53,408 bases of DNA from Parcubacteria group bacterium (GCA_041659585.1 JBAZXY010000001.1:1-53408), one strand, 5' to 3'. Numbered from the stretch's first letter, positions 1 through 9,388 are shown. Translations and numbers: made by a program. Notes: a model not told the origin generated them from the letters alone.

Positions 1-161
1 TCAGAAAGGCAATCACCTTTTTTATAAAAAACCTCGGCTGGAAAATAGAAGAAAGTGGTTTGAATGAAAAAAGTGATTTAAATAAAAAACGTGAATGGTT
101 AGCGGTGAGAACTTCTGAAAAAGGAGATACTAGGCAGTGGAATGATTTTATTGATTTTTAA
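1..161 (+). CDS. C-terminal fragment of an unidentified protein (gene starts upstream of window)
   Basis: Frame 3 is open from base 3 to TAA at 159-161 (...GDTRQWNDFIDF*). No family motif recognised. No start codon in the window. Confidence 0.3.
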   Translation, partial: RKAITFFIKNLGWKIEESGLNEKSDLNKKREWLAVRTSEKGDTRQWNDFIDF

Positions 162-178
162 TCCAAATCTGATTCCAC

Positions 179-215
179 CACAGAAAGGCTTGGAATGTAG
201 ATAAATTATTTATTT
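179..215 (+). repeat. Intergenic repeat family, short copy A (CACAGAAAGGCTTGGAATGTAGATA...)
   Basis: About 30 of 35 nt match the 5' part of the copies at 1587 and 6808. Confidence 0.5.
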
Positions 216-427
216 TTTTATATGGATGCAGTAGGAATCGAACGGGTGGCATTGAGCTAAGTAATTTTCTGTAGAAAATTATCGCATTGAGCAATGGATT
301 GATTAATAGCAAGTGATAATGTGAGGTCGTATAAAATTATTCTAAATTAAAATAATAAACGGTATTGAACCGCCATTGATCATTTCTTGTTACTTGAACG
401 TCTGAAAGACTTGTAATGAGTATAATC

Positions 428-455
428 TTGACAATAAATATAGCTCTGCTAAGAT
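428..455 (+). promoter_or_regulatory. Sigma70-type promoter of the pheA leader (TTGACA-16 nt-TAAGAT)
   Basis: TTGACA at 428-433 and TAAGAT at 450-455, directly upstream of the leader ORF. Confidence 0.5.
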
Positions 456-461
456 GGGGGT

Positions 462-530
462 ATGAATAGAATTATTAGTCAAAATAGCTTTTTCTTTTTT
501 AACCGATTATGGATGTCGGCTGGTTTTTAG
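462..530 (+). CDS. Phe-rich leader peptide MNRIISQNSFFFFNRLWMSAGF (pheL-like attenuation leader)
   Basis: 22-codon ORF with four consecutive Phe codons at 489-500. A GGGGG sits upstream of the ATG. Alternative pairings and a terminator follow, immediately upstream of pheA. Confidence 0.6.
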   Translation: MNRIISQNSFFFFNRLWMSAGF

Positions 531-560
531 CTACTAAGCTAAATAGTAATGAGAAACTAG

Positions 561-583
561 CCGATCTCCTGATCGGTTTTTTT
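561..583 (+). terminator. Attenuator terminator (CCGATC-TCCT-GATCGG followed by T7)
   Basis: Perfect 6-bp GC-rich stem plus U-tract. The 5' arm can alternatively pair with 516-521 (TCGGCT with AGCCGA at 559-564). Confidence 0.65.
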
Positions 584-623
584 GTTCGCTTAGTTGTTTA
601 AAAATTAAACAAAGGAGAGAGAG

Positions 624-1454
624 ATGAAAAAGTTAGGTTACTTGGGTCCTGAAGGAACATTCAGTCATGAAGCAGCGGCTAACTGGGGTGTTGAGGGTGT
701 TGAGCTGGTTGGCATGACATCCTTCAAGGTTTTGGTTGACAGATTAGTGGCTGGCGATGTTGAAGAAGTGATATTGCCAGTAGAGAATCTGCTTTTTGGC
801 GGAGTCGGTCAATGTATCGACGCAATTATTGCCACCGATGGACAACTAAAAATCAGAGGGGAGATGGTTCTGGATATTAACTTAAACCTTATTGCCACAC
901 GGACAATGCCATTAAATCAAATCACTAAGGTAATTTCTATTGGTGAGGCTATCGGTCAATGCACAGGATGGATAGCAACAAACATACCAAATGCTTCTAT
1001 TGAGTATGTTGGCAGTAGCGCAGTCGCCATAAGGGATTTAGAAAAAAATGGCGACAAGGCTGTAGCCGTGGGTTCTGCCTTCGGAGCAAGGCTTTATGGT
1101 CGGACAGTTCTAGAAAGGAATATACAGGATGTGTCGGACAATGTTACTCACTTTATTATTCTGGGACGGTCAGAAATCAGAAGGAGTCGGAGTAAACGAT
1201 ATAAGACTTCTATCATCTTTTCTGTACTTGATCGGCCAGGGGCTCTTTTGAAGGTGCTGAATGTTTTCGATGCACTGGATATTAATATGGTGAAAATAGA
1301 ATCCCGTCCATCCAAAAATAAACTCAATGATTATATTTTTTGGGTGGATATTGAGGGGCACTATTATGATGGGAATGTAAAAGAGGCTTTGGCGGTAATA
1401 GCTAAAAATAAAACAGCCTTTTTTAGAAACCTTGGTTCGTATCCAAGATTTTAA
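624..1454 (+). CDS. pheA: Prephenate dehydratase (PDT domain plus C-terminal ACT domain)
   Basis: N-terminal LGPEGTFSHEAA motif, THFIILG and the IESRPSK ACT-region motif. Strong RBS AAGGAGAG. Confidence 0.9.
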   Translation: MKKLGYLGPEGTFSHEAAANWGVEGVELVGMTSFKVLVDRLVAGDVEEVILPVENLLFGGVGQCIDAIIATDGQLKIRGEMVLDINLNLIATRTMPLNQITKVISIGEAIGQCTGWIATNIPNASIEYVGSSAVAIRDLEKNGDKAVAVGSAFGARLYGRTVLERNIQDVSDNVTHFIILGRSEIRRSRSKRYKTSIIFSVLDRPGALLKVLNVFDALDINMVKIESRPSKNKLNDYIFWVDIEGHYYDGNVKEALAVIAKNKTAFFRNLGSYPRF

Positions 1455-1488
1455 CAAGGGGGTGAAAACTAAAAAATAATTTATTTCA

Positions 1489-1521
1489 AAGGGTTACGCT
1501 ATGCGTAGCCCTTCTATTTTT
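1489..1521 (+). terminator. Rho-independent terminator after pheA
   Basis: GGGTTACGC-TAT-GCGTAGCCC stem followed by a T-run. Confidence 0.6.
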
Positions 1522-1586
1522 AAATGCATAAATTTTTCATTAATGATGAAAAATAAAGGAAATTAATTAACTAATCCCGATGTTGT

Positions 1587-1716
1587 CACAGAAAGACTTG
1601 GAATATAGATATTTTCATTTCTATCCTTGAAAATAGTCTTAACATCCCTTATTAACTTGTGCCGTGAAAAATACATACAAAAAGAGGTTCATCGGAGTCT
1701 CTTTTTTGGTTCGAAC
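1587..1716 (+). repeat. Intergenic repeat family, full copy B (ends in hairpin plus T-run plus TCGAAC)
   Basis: Aligns with 6808-6929 at roughly 65-70% identity by eye. Shared blocks are AGAAAG.CT.GGAATAT.GATA, AATAGT.CT.AA..TCCCT, GTGC, A-rich, hairpin, TTTTTTG.T.TCGAAC. Confidence 0.5.
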
Positions 1717-1862
1717 TTTTTGATATTTTATGATAAAAGTCTAGGGTTTTATATTGCCTACCATAGATGTGTTTGCTATTAGCACAATTCTGTTATACTA
1801 TTTACTATTGGTCTTTGACATTATAAAAATAACATACAACCTCTTTATGGGAGATATCACAA

Positions 1863-2822
1863 ATGATTATTAATTCAGCAGAGAATGAATTGCCAGATGT
1901 TGTGGAAGTTGAGCCCAGTGAAGATGAATTGGTGGCACTGGAAATTGAAGTGGAAAAAGAACTGTCTGATAATATTTTTGATGTAGAGACGGACGACATT
2001 GTACGTAAATATCTAAAGGAGATTGGTCGGAGTTGTTTTCTTACCAGGGAGGATGAGGTCGAATTGGCTAAAAAGATTGAGAAAGGAGATCGAGATGCTT
2101 TTGCATTATTTGTAGTTTCTAATCTTCGACTGGTTGTTTCTATTGCCAAGCGCTATTCGACAACTTGTCATTTGAAATTTCTGGATTGTGTCCAGGAGGG
2201 AAATGGAGGTCTTTTGGTGGCGGTTAGAAAATTTAACTGGCGAAAGGGCTATAAATTTTCAACTTATGCTACTTGGTGGATACGTCAGTCAATTAGAAAT
2301 GCTATTGATGATAGAGATAGGACAATTCGTTTGCCGGCTCATATGAAGGAAAGTATTACGCAATTAGTGAAAGCGATAGCGAAGTGGTTGGTTAGATGGG
2401 GATATTATCCATCGACATTTGAAATCGCTAGGCACATGGGTGTTTCCGAAGAAGAAGTAACCATGCTTTTTGATGGGTTGCATGACACCAAGTCGCTACA
2501 AGATTTGCTTTCGAATGATGGTGACGATACGGAGTTTGGAGAGTTGATTGAAGATAGGAGGATTCAATCACCAGAGAAAGCAGTGGAGCTGAGAAGGATG
2601 ACAAAAAAACTCCAGCAAGCCATTGGTGATTTGCCGACAATAGAAAGACAAGTTTTTTTATTGTCTAATATGGAACAACTTCCATATGATGAGATTGCAG
2701 AACAAATGGATGTGGATGAACGAGAGATTAAAAAAATCAGCGATAGTGCCATAAAAAAGCTTAGCATCTCGCAAGAGTTAGCGCCGTATAAGAATTATAT
2801 TGCGCAGCTGATGGAGGATTAG
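1863..2822 (+). CDS. rpoD: RNA polymerase sigma-70 family factor, primary-like
   Basis: Region 1.2/2.1 (VRKYLKEIG...LTREDEVELAKKIE), region 2.3/2.4 (FSTYATWWIRQSIRNAI) and a region 4 HTH (LPYDEIAEQMDVDEREIKKI). Confidence 0.8.
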   Translation: MIINSAENELPDVVEVEPSEDELVALEIEVEKELSDNIFDVETDDIVRKYLKEIGRSCFLTREDEVELAKKIEKGDRDAFALFVVSNLRLVVSIAKRYSTTCHLKFLDCVQEGNGGLLVAVRKFNWRKGYKFSTYATWWIRQSIRNAIDDRDRTIRLPAHMKESITQLVKAIAKWLVRWGYYPSTFEIARHMGVSEEEVTMLFDGLHDTKSLQDLLSNDGDDTEFGELIEDRRIQSPEKAVELRRMTKKLQQAIGDLPTIERQVFLLSNMEQLPYDEIAEQMDVDEREIKKISDSAIKKLSISQELAPYKNYIAQLMED

Positions 2823-2831
2823 TTGGCGCAG

Positions 2832-2861
2832 GGCAATCGGAGAATATCGATTGCCTTTTTT
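2832..2861 (+). terminator. Rho-independent terminator after the sigma factor gene
   Basis: GGCAATCG...CGATTGCC stem followed by TTTTTT. Confidence 0.65.
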
Positions 2862-3048
2862 ATTTTTTTGAAATATGAAAAAAAGTGATGTTTCAAGGTA
2901 ATGTATTATAAATAAAAATGTGCTGGCTATAAATATGGTATAATCAGCTCAGGGGATTTCCCTTGTTGTGGTGAGGATTGTCTAATTAAAATTACAGCTG
3001 CTGATATCCTGTGGGCTCGCCCCGGAAAGCTGCATTAGCGAAACGTAA

Positions 3049-3609
3049 ATGATTAAGAAGAATTTACCGCTTATTGTATTTACAATTTTTGTAGTAGTTT
3101 TTTCGTTGTGGTATGTGGAGCATATTTCCTTGCAGGGCGGTTTGGAATATGTAAGAAATAGGACGGAGTTGGGAATAATCGGCAAAACGCTCGGATCAGT
3201 CGGATTTTTCGCTTTGGCGCTGGTGTATGCGCGTAGTGTTTTGAAAATCATCGTTCGTACTGATGCTTTTTGGAAAAGACTGGTACCGTTTGATGCTGAC
3301 AATTTCAATGCTAAAAAGATTTCAACAAAAATACTTATTTTTCTGAACAAAACGCATACCTATCTAGGAGTATTAGCGATTACTCTTATTTTCCTGCATT
3401 GCTATCTGACCGGCAGTTATTTGGACAATCTATTGCTTCAAATCGTATTGGTGCTTTTGGCTGTTGAAGGGATTTCAGGTTTTATTTTGAAATTAAAATA
3501 TACACCCGCTGAGTTGAAACAAAAAAGTTATCTTATCCATCATCAGTTTTTGATTGGAATCATGCTGGTTGTCCTGACTATTTTTGGACATTTAATTTTG
3601 GGAAGATAA
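3049..3609 (+). CDS. Integral membrane protein, unknown function (about 5 TM, conserved-looking His residues)
   Basis: Hydrophobic segments throughout. His occurs in TM contexts (LHCYL, IHHQF, GHLILG). No family assigned. Confidence 0.55.
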   Translation: MIKKNLPLIVFTIFVVVFSLWYVEHISLQGGLEYVRNRTELGIIGKTLGSVGFFALALVYARSVLKIIVRTDAFWKRLVPFDADNFNAKKISTKILIFLNKTHTYLGVLAITLIFLHCYLTGSYLDNLLLQIVLVLLAVEGISGFILKLKYTPAELKQKSYLIHHQFLIGIMLVVLTIFGHLILGR

Positions 3610-3668
3610 TAATGTATATTTTGGTGTAGCTGGTAAAATAAGTGTAATAATTATTAATAAAAAGTAGT

Positions 3669-4169
3669 ATGAAAAAAATATTTAGAATTGCCTTTATCTT
3701 TTTCCTGACCATAATTATATCTGGTTGTTCGACTGAAGAACTAGTGGCGACTGAAAAGAAGGCAGCTGATGACGCAAGCTCCAATTCAGGTGCGCAGAGT
3801 GGTCAAATAAAAAGCTCAAGAGAGGATTGTATAACTGGTTGTAATGCCATGTGGAAATCAAATAAGGTAAATGCAGGAAGATCTGAGGGTGAAATGGCGA
3901 GTGATTGCAATTCCTTATGTGATGCTGGACAAGGAATACAAAAGCAAGATGCTGCTTCCTGTGCTAAGGCGGAAGGCATTCTGCGAGATACTTGCTATGG
4001 TGATATTGCAAAAAACACCAATGATCCAAGATTATGCGAAAAAATAGAAGGCGGGATGCTGAAGGCTGCTTGTTATGTTGCTATTGTGGAAAAAACCGGT
4101 GATAAGTCTCTTTGCGAAAAAATAACAGTTAAGATGATGAAAGATTCTTGTCTTGATGGGGTAAAATAA
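3669..4169 (+). CDS. Cys-rich lipoprotein, unknown function
   Basis: Signal peptide with lipobox IISGC. 16 Cys in total, several in recurring C-x(10-13)-C spacing. Confidence 0.6.
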   Translation: MKKIFRIAFIFFLTIIISGCSTEELVATEKKAADDASSNSGAQSGQIKSSREDCITGCNAMWKSNKVNAGRSEGEMASDCNSLCDAGQGIQKQDAASCAKAEGILRDTCYGDIAKNTNDPRLCEKIEGGMLKAACYVAIVEKTGDKSLCEKITVKMMKDSCLDGVK

Positions 4170-4228
4170 CAGAGCAGCTCCCGGGATTCATTGCGGTATA
4201 ATTAAATGAATATTTTTTTGCTTTTATT

Positions 4229-6763
4229 ATGGAAAAAGAATTTAACTACAGCGGGATAACGCAGAAACAAGCCGATGAAATTTTGCAAAAGGACGGCTTC
4301 AATGAACTTCCCTCGCAAAAAAAACAAAGTGCTTTCATAATGCTTTTGAATGTTATGAAAGAGCCTATGTTGCTTCTCTTAGTGGTTGCGGGATCGATAT
4401 ATTTTTTGATGGGAGAATTGCAGGACGCGTTGATGCTCCTCACATTTGTGATTGTGGTTATCGGGATAACCTTCTATCAGGAACGAAAAACGGAAAAGAC
4501 GCTGGATGCGCTGCGCAACCTTTCAAGTCCCAGAGCCTTGGTGATAAGAGATGGTGAACAGAAGCGAATCGCTGGCCGCGAGGTCGTCCGCGGAGATAGC
4601 ATCATAATTCGCGAAGGAGATCGCATTCCGGCTGATGCGGTGGTTTTGAGTTGTGAAAATTTGAATGTTGACGAATCTCTTTTGACAGGGGAATCCATTT
4701 CGGTTAGAAAATCTGAGGGCAGTGAGGCGGCTGAATTCAAAAGGCCGGGAGGTGACGACATCCCTTTTGTTTATTCTGGGTCATTGGTTGTGAGCGGGCG
4801 AGGACTTGCAAGAGTTTTGTTTACGGGCACTGACACTGAAATGGGTAAGATTGGAAAAAGTCTGGAATCAATAAGTGACGAGGACACCCTTTTGAGTAAG
4901 GAGATTCTTAAAGTCGCTCGTTGGCTAGGTGTTTTTGCTGTTATCTTATGCATGGCATTCGTACTTATCTATTATTTCATGAGGGGTAATTTTCTGGAGG
5001 GATTTTTGGCTGGGCTGGCCTTGAGCATGTCAATGCTTCCTGAAGAATTTCCGGTAGTTTTGATAATCTTTTTTACCTTGGGGGCTTGGAGAATCTCAAA
5101 AAAGAAGGTTCTGACCAGGCGCCCCGCAGCTATTGAAACACTGGGGGCGGCGACAGTTCTTTGCACTGACAAAACAGGCACGCTGACCTTAAACAAGATG
5201 AAGCTCGACACGCTTTATTGTGAGGGAGATTTTTTTGAAATGAAAGATGCTCAGGCAAATGATTTGTCGGAAAAATTCAGCGGGCTTCTTGAAATGGGCT
5301 TGCTTTCCAGTCAGCAAGATCCATTTGATCCTATTGAAAAAGAATTAAAGCGGGCTTGTGGAAAATATTTGATTGATAGAAAAGAGACCCTGGACGATTT
5401 ATCCCTGATCAAGGAATATCCGCTGGCCAAGGAATTGCTTGCGCTATCGCATGCTTGGAAAACAAAGGATGGTGATTGGTTAGTGGCCTCAAAGGGCTCA
5501 CCGGAGGCTATCTTGGAGCTATGCCATATCGACTTGGAAAAAAAGGAAAAGCTGCTTGCGATTGTCAGTGACATGTCGGAAAAGGGCTTGAGAATCTTGG
5601 GTGTCGCCAGGGCGGTGTTTTCTCGTGGCGAACTGCCAGAAGAACAGCATGCTTTCGATTTTCAATTTACGGGATTTCTAGGATTTATTGATCCGCCTAG
5701 AGAGACCGCTCTGGGTGCAGTTATGCAAGCCTACCAGGCCGGCATAAGAGTAATCATGATCACAGGGGATTATCCTGGAACCGCCCAATACGTTGCAAAA
5801 AAAATAGGTATCAAAAATCCAGCGTTGTTTATTACGGGAGAGGAGATGGATAGGATGCAGCCGCATGCGCTTGCGGAAAAAATAAGGGAGGTAAATATTT
5901 TTGCCCGCGTTGCCCCTGAGCAAAAACTTCAGATTATTAATGCTCTGAAATCCAATAATGAGATTGTGGCTATGACAGGAGACGGTGTTAACGATGCTCC
6001 GGCCCTCAAAGCTGCTGATATCGGAATAGCTATGGGCGAACGAGGTACTGATGTTGCAAGAGAGGCTTCAGCGCTTGTCCTACTGAATGATGACTTTTCT
6101 TCCATTGTGGATGCTGTCAGGTTGGGTAGGCGTGTTTATGCAAATTTGAAAAAAGCCTCGGGATATATCCTAGCAGTCCATATCCCCATTGCGGTGATGT
6201 CTTTGTTGCCGCTGTTTCTTAATTTTCCTGCAATTCTCCTGCCAGCCCATATCGCTTTTTTGGAGCTGATAATAGATCCCGCTTGTTCAACAGTATTTGA
6301 ATCTGAAAAAGAATCTCCGGATACCATGAATCAACCGCCGAGAAACATCAATGAATCCATTTTCAACAAAAGGACGGTCATGATAAGCGTATTGCAAGGC
6401 CTGGGGGTGTCATTAACTACTTTTCTAGTGTTTTTGTATGCGATGAAAACTGGCAGAAGCGAAGAAGAGATTCGCTCCTTTGCATTTGTTTCACTGGTCC
6501 TCTCAAATCTCATCTTGATAGTGGCTAACCTTTCCCAGCATAAAGTTATGTACCGGACTCTTTTGACGGGCAACAAGGTTTTATTTTTTGTTATGAGTGG
6601 GGCAATCGCTTGTCTTTTTGTGGTTTTGTATACGCCTTTCTTTTCCAGTTTATTTCACTTGGCGCCTATCAGTTCTGGGGAATTTTTGACGATTGGCGTG
6701 GTTTCATTGGCCGGCTTTCTATGGTATGAAATATTTAAGATAGTTAAATTTAAATTCTATTAA
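4229..6763 (+). CDS. Cation-transporting P-type ATPase (type II, Ca2+/Mg2+-like)
   Basis: TGES, phosphorylation site CTDKTGTLT, MITGD, hinge TGDGVNDAPALK and a PEEFP-type TM4 motif. 844 aa. Confidence 0.9.
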   Translation: MEKEFNYSGITQKQADEILQKDGFNELPSQKKQSAFIMLLNVMKEPMLLLLVVAGSIYFLMGELQDALMLLTFVIVVIGITFYQERKTEKTLDALRNLSSPRALVIRDGEQKRIAGREVVRGDSIIIREGDRIPADAVVLSCENLNVDESLLTGESISVRKSEGSEAAEFKRPGGDDIPFVYSGSLVVSGRGLARVLFTGTDTEMGKIGKSLESISDEDTLLSKEILKVARWLGVFAVILCMAFVLIYYFMRGNFLEGFLAGLALSMSMLPEEFPVVLIIFFTLGAWRISKKKVLTRRPAAIETLGAATVLCTDKTGTLTLNKMKLDTLYCEGDFFEMKDAQANDLSEKFSGLLEMGLLSSQQDPFDPIEKELKRACGKYLIDRKETLDDLSLIKEYPLAKELLALSHAWKTKDGDWLVASKGSPEAILELCHIDLEKKEKLLAIVSDMSEKGLRILGVARAVFSRGELPEEQHAFDFQFTGFLGFIDPPRETALGAVMQAYQAGIRVIMITGDYPGTAQYVAKKIGIKNPALFITGEEMDRMQPHALAEKIREVNIFARVAPEQKLQIINALKSNNEIVAMTGDGVNDAPALKAADIGIAMGERGTDVAREASALVLLNDDFSSIVDAVRLGRRVYANLKKASGYILAVHIPIAVMSLLPLFLNFPAILLPAHIAFLELIIDPACSTVFESEKESPDTMNQPPRNINESIFNKRTVMISVLQGLGVSLTTFLVFLYAMKTGRSEEEIRSFAFVSLVLSNLILIVANLSQHKVMYRTLLTGNKVLFFVMSGAIACLFVVLYTPFFSSLFHLAPISSGEFLTIGVVSLAGFLWYEIFKIVKFKFY

Positions 6764-6807
6764 AAAATTAAATTATTTCTGAAACTTATTGAGTTATTAG
6801 GATTCTG

Positions 6808-6929
6808 CCATAGAAAGGCTGGGAATATGGATAGCTTCATTATTCTTCTCAGAAATAGTTCTAATGTCCCTGACTAGCCCGTGCAAAAAAGAAAAGAACA
6901 CTTAATGGGTGTGTTTTTTGTTGTCGAAC
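6808..6929 (+). repeat. Intergenic repeat family, full copy C
   Basis: Homologous to 1587-1716. Ends in hairpin AACAC...GTGTT plus TTTTTTG..TCGAAC. Confidence 0.5.
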
Positions 6930-7028
6930 CGGTATTTTGTATGGTATACTGGAATCACCTTTGAATATGGGTGACAAGGCGGATGGTCTTTTTTTGACCG
7001 TTTTTATTTTTAAATACTCTTTAAATTT

Positions 7029-7652
7029 ATGGGAATTATTGATTTTATTCTGCATGTTGATGTGCATCTGGGCAAGATTATCGCGGATTACGGTATTTTG
7101 ACTTATGGCATTCTGTTTTCCATTATCTTCGCCGAAACCGGGTTTGTAGTAACGCCATTTTTGCCGGGAGACTCATTGCTGTTTGCCTCCGGCATGTTCG
7201 CCGCGCTGGATGCTCTAAATATCTGGGTGTTGTTTTTGATGCTTTGGTTAGCCTCTTTTTTGGGCGACAATACGAACTATTGGGTTGGTCGTTTTTTTGG
7301 ACAGAAAATAGTTGACAACCGCCGCATTCCCATCAAACAAAGTCATATTGATAAAACGCAAGCCTTTTTTCAAGAACATGGCAAAAAAACGATGATTCTG
7401 GCCAGATTTATGCCCATTATCAGGACATTTGCACCCTTTGTGGCTGGCATTGGACAGATGAAATATCGGGATTTCGTCTCGTTTAGTTTTATCGGCGGCT
7501 TAAGTTGGATTACTATTTTCGTTTTCGCCGGGTATTTTTTCGGCAACATCCCGTTGGTGCGAGATAATTTTTCCGCCGTCATTATGCTGGTAATCGCCGT
7601 TTCTATCTTGCCGGCGCTGATAAAAGTTATCAGACATCAATTTAAAAAATAG
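7029..7652 (+). CDS. DedA/SNARE-associated family membrane protein
   Basis: FAETGFVVTPFLPGDSLLF and GRFFG...ILARFMPIIRTFAPFVAG motifs typical of DedA. Confidence 0.85.
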   Translation: MGIIDFILHVDVHLGKIIADYGILTYGILFSIIFAETGFVVTPFLPGDSLLFASGMFAALDALNIWVLFLMLWLASFLGDNTNYWVGRFFGQKIVDNRRIPIKQSHIDKTQAFFQEHGKKTMILARFMPIIRTFAPFVAGIGQMKYRDFVSFSFIGGLSWITIFVFAGYFFGNIPLVRDNFSAVIMLVIAVSILPALIKVIRHQFKK

Positions 7653-7781
7653 CCCTGCAAGCTAAAAATGCAAACTAATATAACCCTTGGTTATTAATGA
7701 AAGACGAAAAAGGGTGTGGGGAAAATTATCTGACTTGGGAGTTATATTTTCTAGACCATCCTTTTCTAATCCGAGGATTTG

Positions 7782-7810
7782 TTGACAATTTTTAACTCAT
7801 GGTGTAAAAT
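7782..7810 (+). promoter_or_regulatory. Promoter of rpsP (TTGACA-17 nt-TAAAAT with TG extension)
   Basis: TTGACA at 7782-7787 and TGGTGTAAAAT ending at 7810. Confidence 0.55.
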
Positions 7811-7845
7811 AGCCAAGTAACTAAAATAAGGTTTAAGTATAGAAT

Positions 7846-8181
7846 ATGTTAACTATAAGATTTGCTCGCGTCGGTAAGAAAAACAAAGCTCAATTCAAGA
7901 TAATGCTGCAGGAAAACACGATTGCACCTGGTGGGCGTCATATTGAAATTTTAGGCAGCTATGATCCGCATTCCAAAGAAGCTGTTTTAAAAAATGAAAG
8001 AATCACTCATTGGATTTCTCAAGGAGCGCAAATGTCAGATACAGCTTATAATCTTTTTGTAAAAAAAGGAGTGATTGAAGGAAAGAAGCGAAATGTGAAG
8101 GTTCCCGCTAAAAAGGTAGAGGAAGTGGCAGTGGAGGCTCCTAAGGCAGAGGCAACAGTTGAAGCGCCTAAGGCTGAATAG
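7846..8181 (+). CDS. rpsP: 30S ribosomal protein S16 with a short repetitive C-terminal tail
   Basis: MLTIRFARVGKKNKAQFKI... is the canonical S16 N-terminus. The tail contains VEAPKAE twice. Confidence 0.9.
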   Translation: MLTIRFARVGKKNKAQFKIMLQENTIAPGGRHIEILGSYDPHSKEAVLKNERITHWISQGAQMSDTAYNLFVKKGVIEGKKRNVKVPAKKVEEVAVEAPKAEATVEAPKAE

Positions 8182-8276
8182 TTGACAAAATAGCATTTTT
8201 TGATATACAATATAGATAATATTCCGTAGATAGTAGGTATCCATAAATCCTACTGAGGAGCAATAGTTGCTTTTTA

Positions 8277-8302
8277 AATCTGCGGTTAGACGCGGATTTT
8301 TT
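8277..8302 (+). promoter_or_regulatory. Hairpin plus T-run in the rplJ 5' leader (possible L10-leader attenuator)
   Basis: AATCTGCG-GTTAGA-CGCGGATT followed by TTTT, 22 nt before the rplJ ATG. A TTGACA box lies at about 8182. Confidence 0.4.
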
Positions 8303-8324
8303 AATTTCTAATAAATTTACAAAT

Positions 8325-8843
8325 ATGGGACAAACCAAACAGCAGAAAGAAGTCATTGTCAAGGATTTGGCAGAAAAATTGAAAAACTCCAAGGCGGTTG
8401 TTTTCTCTGATTACAAAGGTCTGAAGGTGAAAGACATGACCATTTTGCGTAGAGATTTGCGAGCGGAAGGAGTGGATCTGAGCGTAGTGAAGAAGACCTT
8501 GATTAATATTGCTCTTCAAGATGCCGGCATTGAGATGGATATCAGTGCCCTGGAGGGACAAATCGCCATTGCAGTATCAGAGAAGGATGAAGTGGCGGCA
8601 GCTAAGATCATTGCCAAGTTAGCTAAAGTGAATCAAAATTTGAAAATAGTGGGTGGAATATTGGGAGTTAAGGAATTGACCGCGGAAGAAGTGAACGCAC
8701 TGGCGAAACTGCCAAGCAAGGAGGAATTGTTGGCCAAATTGGTCGGTACGCTCAATGCTCCAGTTTCCGGATTTGTCAATGTGTTAGCCGGCAATTTGCG
8801 CGGATTGATGACCGCTTTGCAAGCGATTGCAGATAAAAAATAA
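8325..8843 (+). CDS. rplJ: 50S ribosomal protein L10
   Basis: Typical L10 N-terminus (K...V..L.EKLK.SKAVVF.DYKGL.V..M..LR..LR). Precedes rplL. Confidence 0.9.
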   Translation: MGQTKQQKEVIVKDLAEKLKNSKAVVFSDYKGLKVKDMTILRRDLRAEGVDLSVVKKTLINIALQDAGIEMDISALEGQIAIAVSEKDEVAAAKIIAKLAKVNQNLKIVGGILGVKELTAEEVNALAKLPSKEELLAKLVGTLNAPVSGFVNVLAGNLRGLMTALQAIADKK

Positions 8844-8925
8844 GCTTAATAAATAATTTAAATAAATTTAGGTTAGAAGTCGGTAGTTTGTATGAGCTAC
8901 AAGCTGATAGCCACAAATCAATATT

Positions 8926-9330
8926 ATGACAGAAGAAAAAAAGGAAGCCGTAGTAGTGCCAGCAAAATTTGAAAAACTAGTTGCTGAAATTGAAACCATG
9001 ACTGTTTTGGATCTAAGCGAGCTAGTGAAGGTGCTAGAAGATAAGTTTGGTGTTAGTGCTGCTGCTCCAATGATGATGGGAGCTGCTCCAGCTGCTGAAG
9101 CTGCTGCTGTAGAAGAGAAGAGTGAATTCGATGTTGAAGTGACTGCTTGCGGTGCTTCAAAGATCAATGTAATCAAAGCTGTTAGAGAAGCTACTGGCTT
9201 AGGACTAAAAGAAGCTAAAGATTTGGTAGATGCTGCTCCAAAAGTAATCAAGGAAAAAGTATCTAAGACTGATGCTGAGGCCATGAAGAAGAAATTGGAA
9301 GAAGCTGGCGCAACTGTAACCTTGAAATAA
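8926..9330 (+). CDS. rplL: 50S ribosomal protein L7/L12
   Basis: Ala-rich hinge [17 protein letters not shown] and C-terminal domain [24 protein letters not shown]...GATVTLK. Confidence 0.95.
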   Translation: MTEEKKEAVVVPAKFEKLVAEIETMTVLDLSELVKVLEDKFGVSAAAPMMMGAAPAAEAAAVEEKSEFDVEVTACGASKINVIKAVREATGLGLKEAKDLVDAAPKVIKEKVSKTDAEAMKKKLEEAGATVTLK

Positions 9331-9353
9331 TCCCGATTCAATAGAAGACAAAA

Positions 9354-9387
9354 AACTCATCTCACTAAGCGGGGATGAGTTTTTTTT
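9354..9387 (+). terminator. Rho-independent terminator after rplL
   Basis: AACTCATC...GATGAGTT stem followed by a T7 run. Confidence 0.7.
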
Positions 9388-9388
9388 G

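Noticed and set aside
222-262. tRNA on the minus strand, suggested by GGAATCGAAC.
   Set aside because: The flanking bases do not form a T stem or an acceptor stem, and no cloverleaf could be built.
2944-3048. Possible riboswitch in the roughly 100-nt leader between a TGGTATAAT -10 and the membrane-protein gene at 3049.
   Set aside because: Only weak local hairpins are present. I could not match it to the fluoride, guanidine, preQ1, ZTP or Mn2+ consensus cores from memory. I leave it as an unexplained leader rather than a claim.
8868-9341. 157-aa minus-strand ORF opposite rplL.
   Set aside because: It is a shadow of the unambiguous L7/L12 gene.
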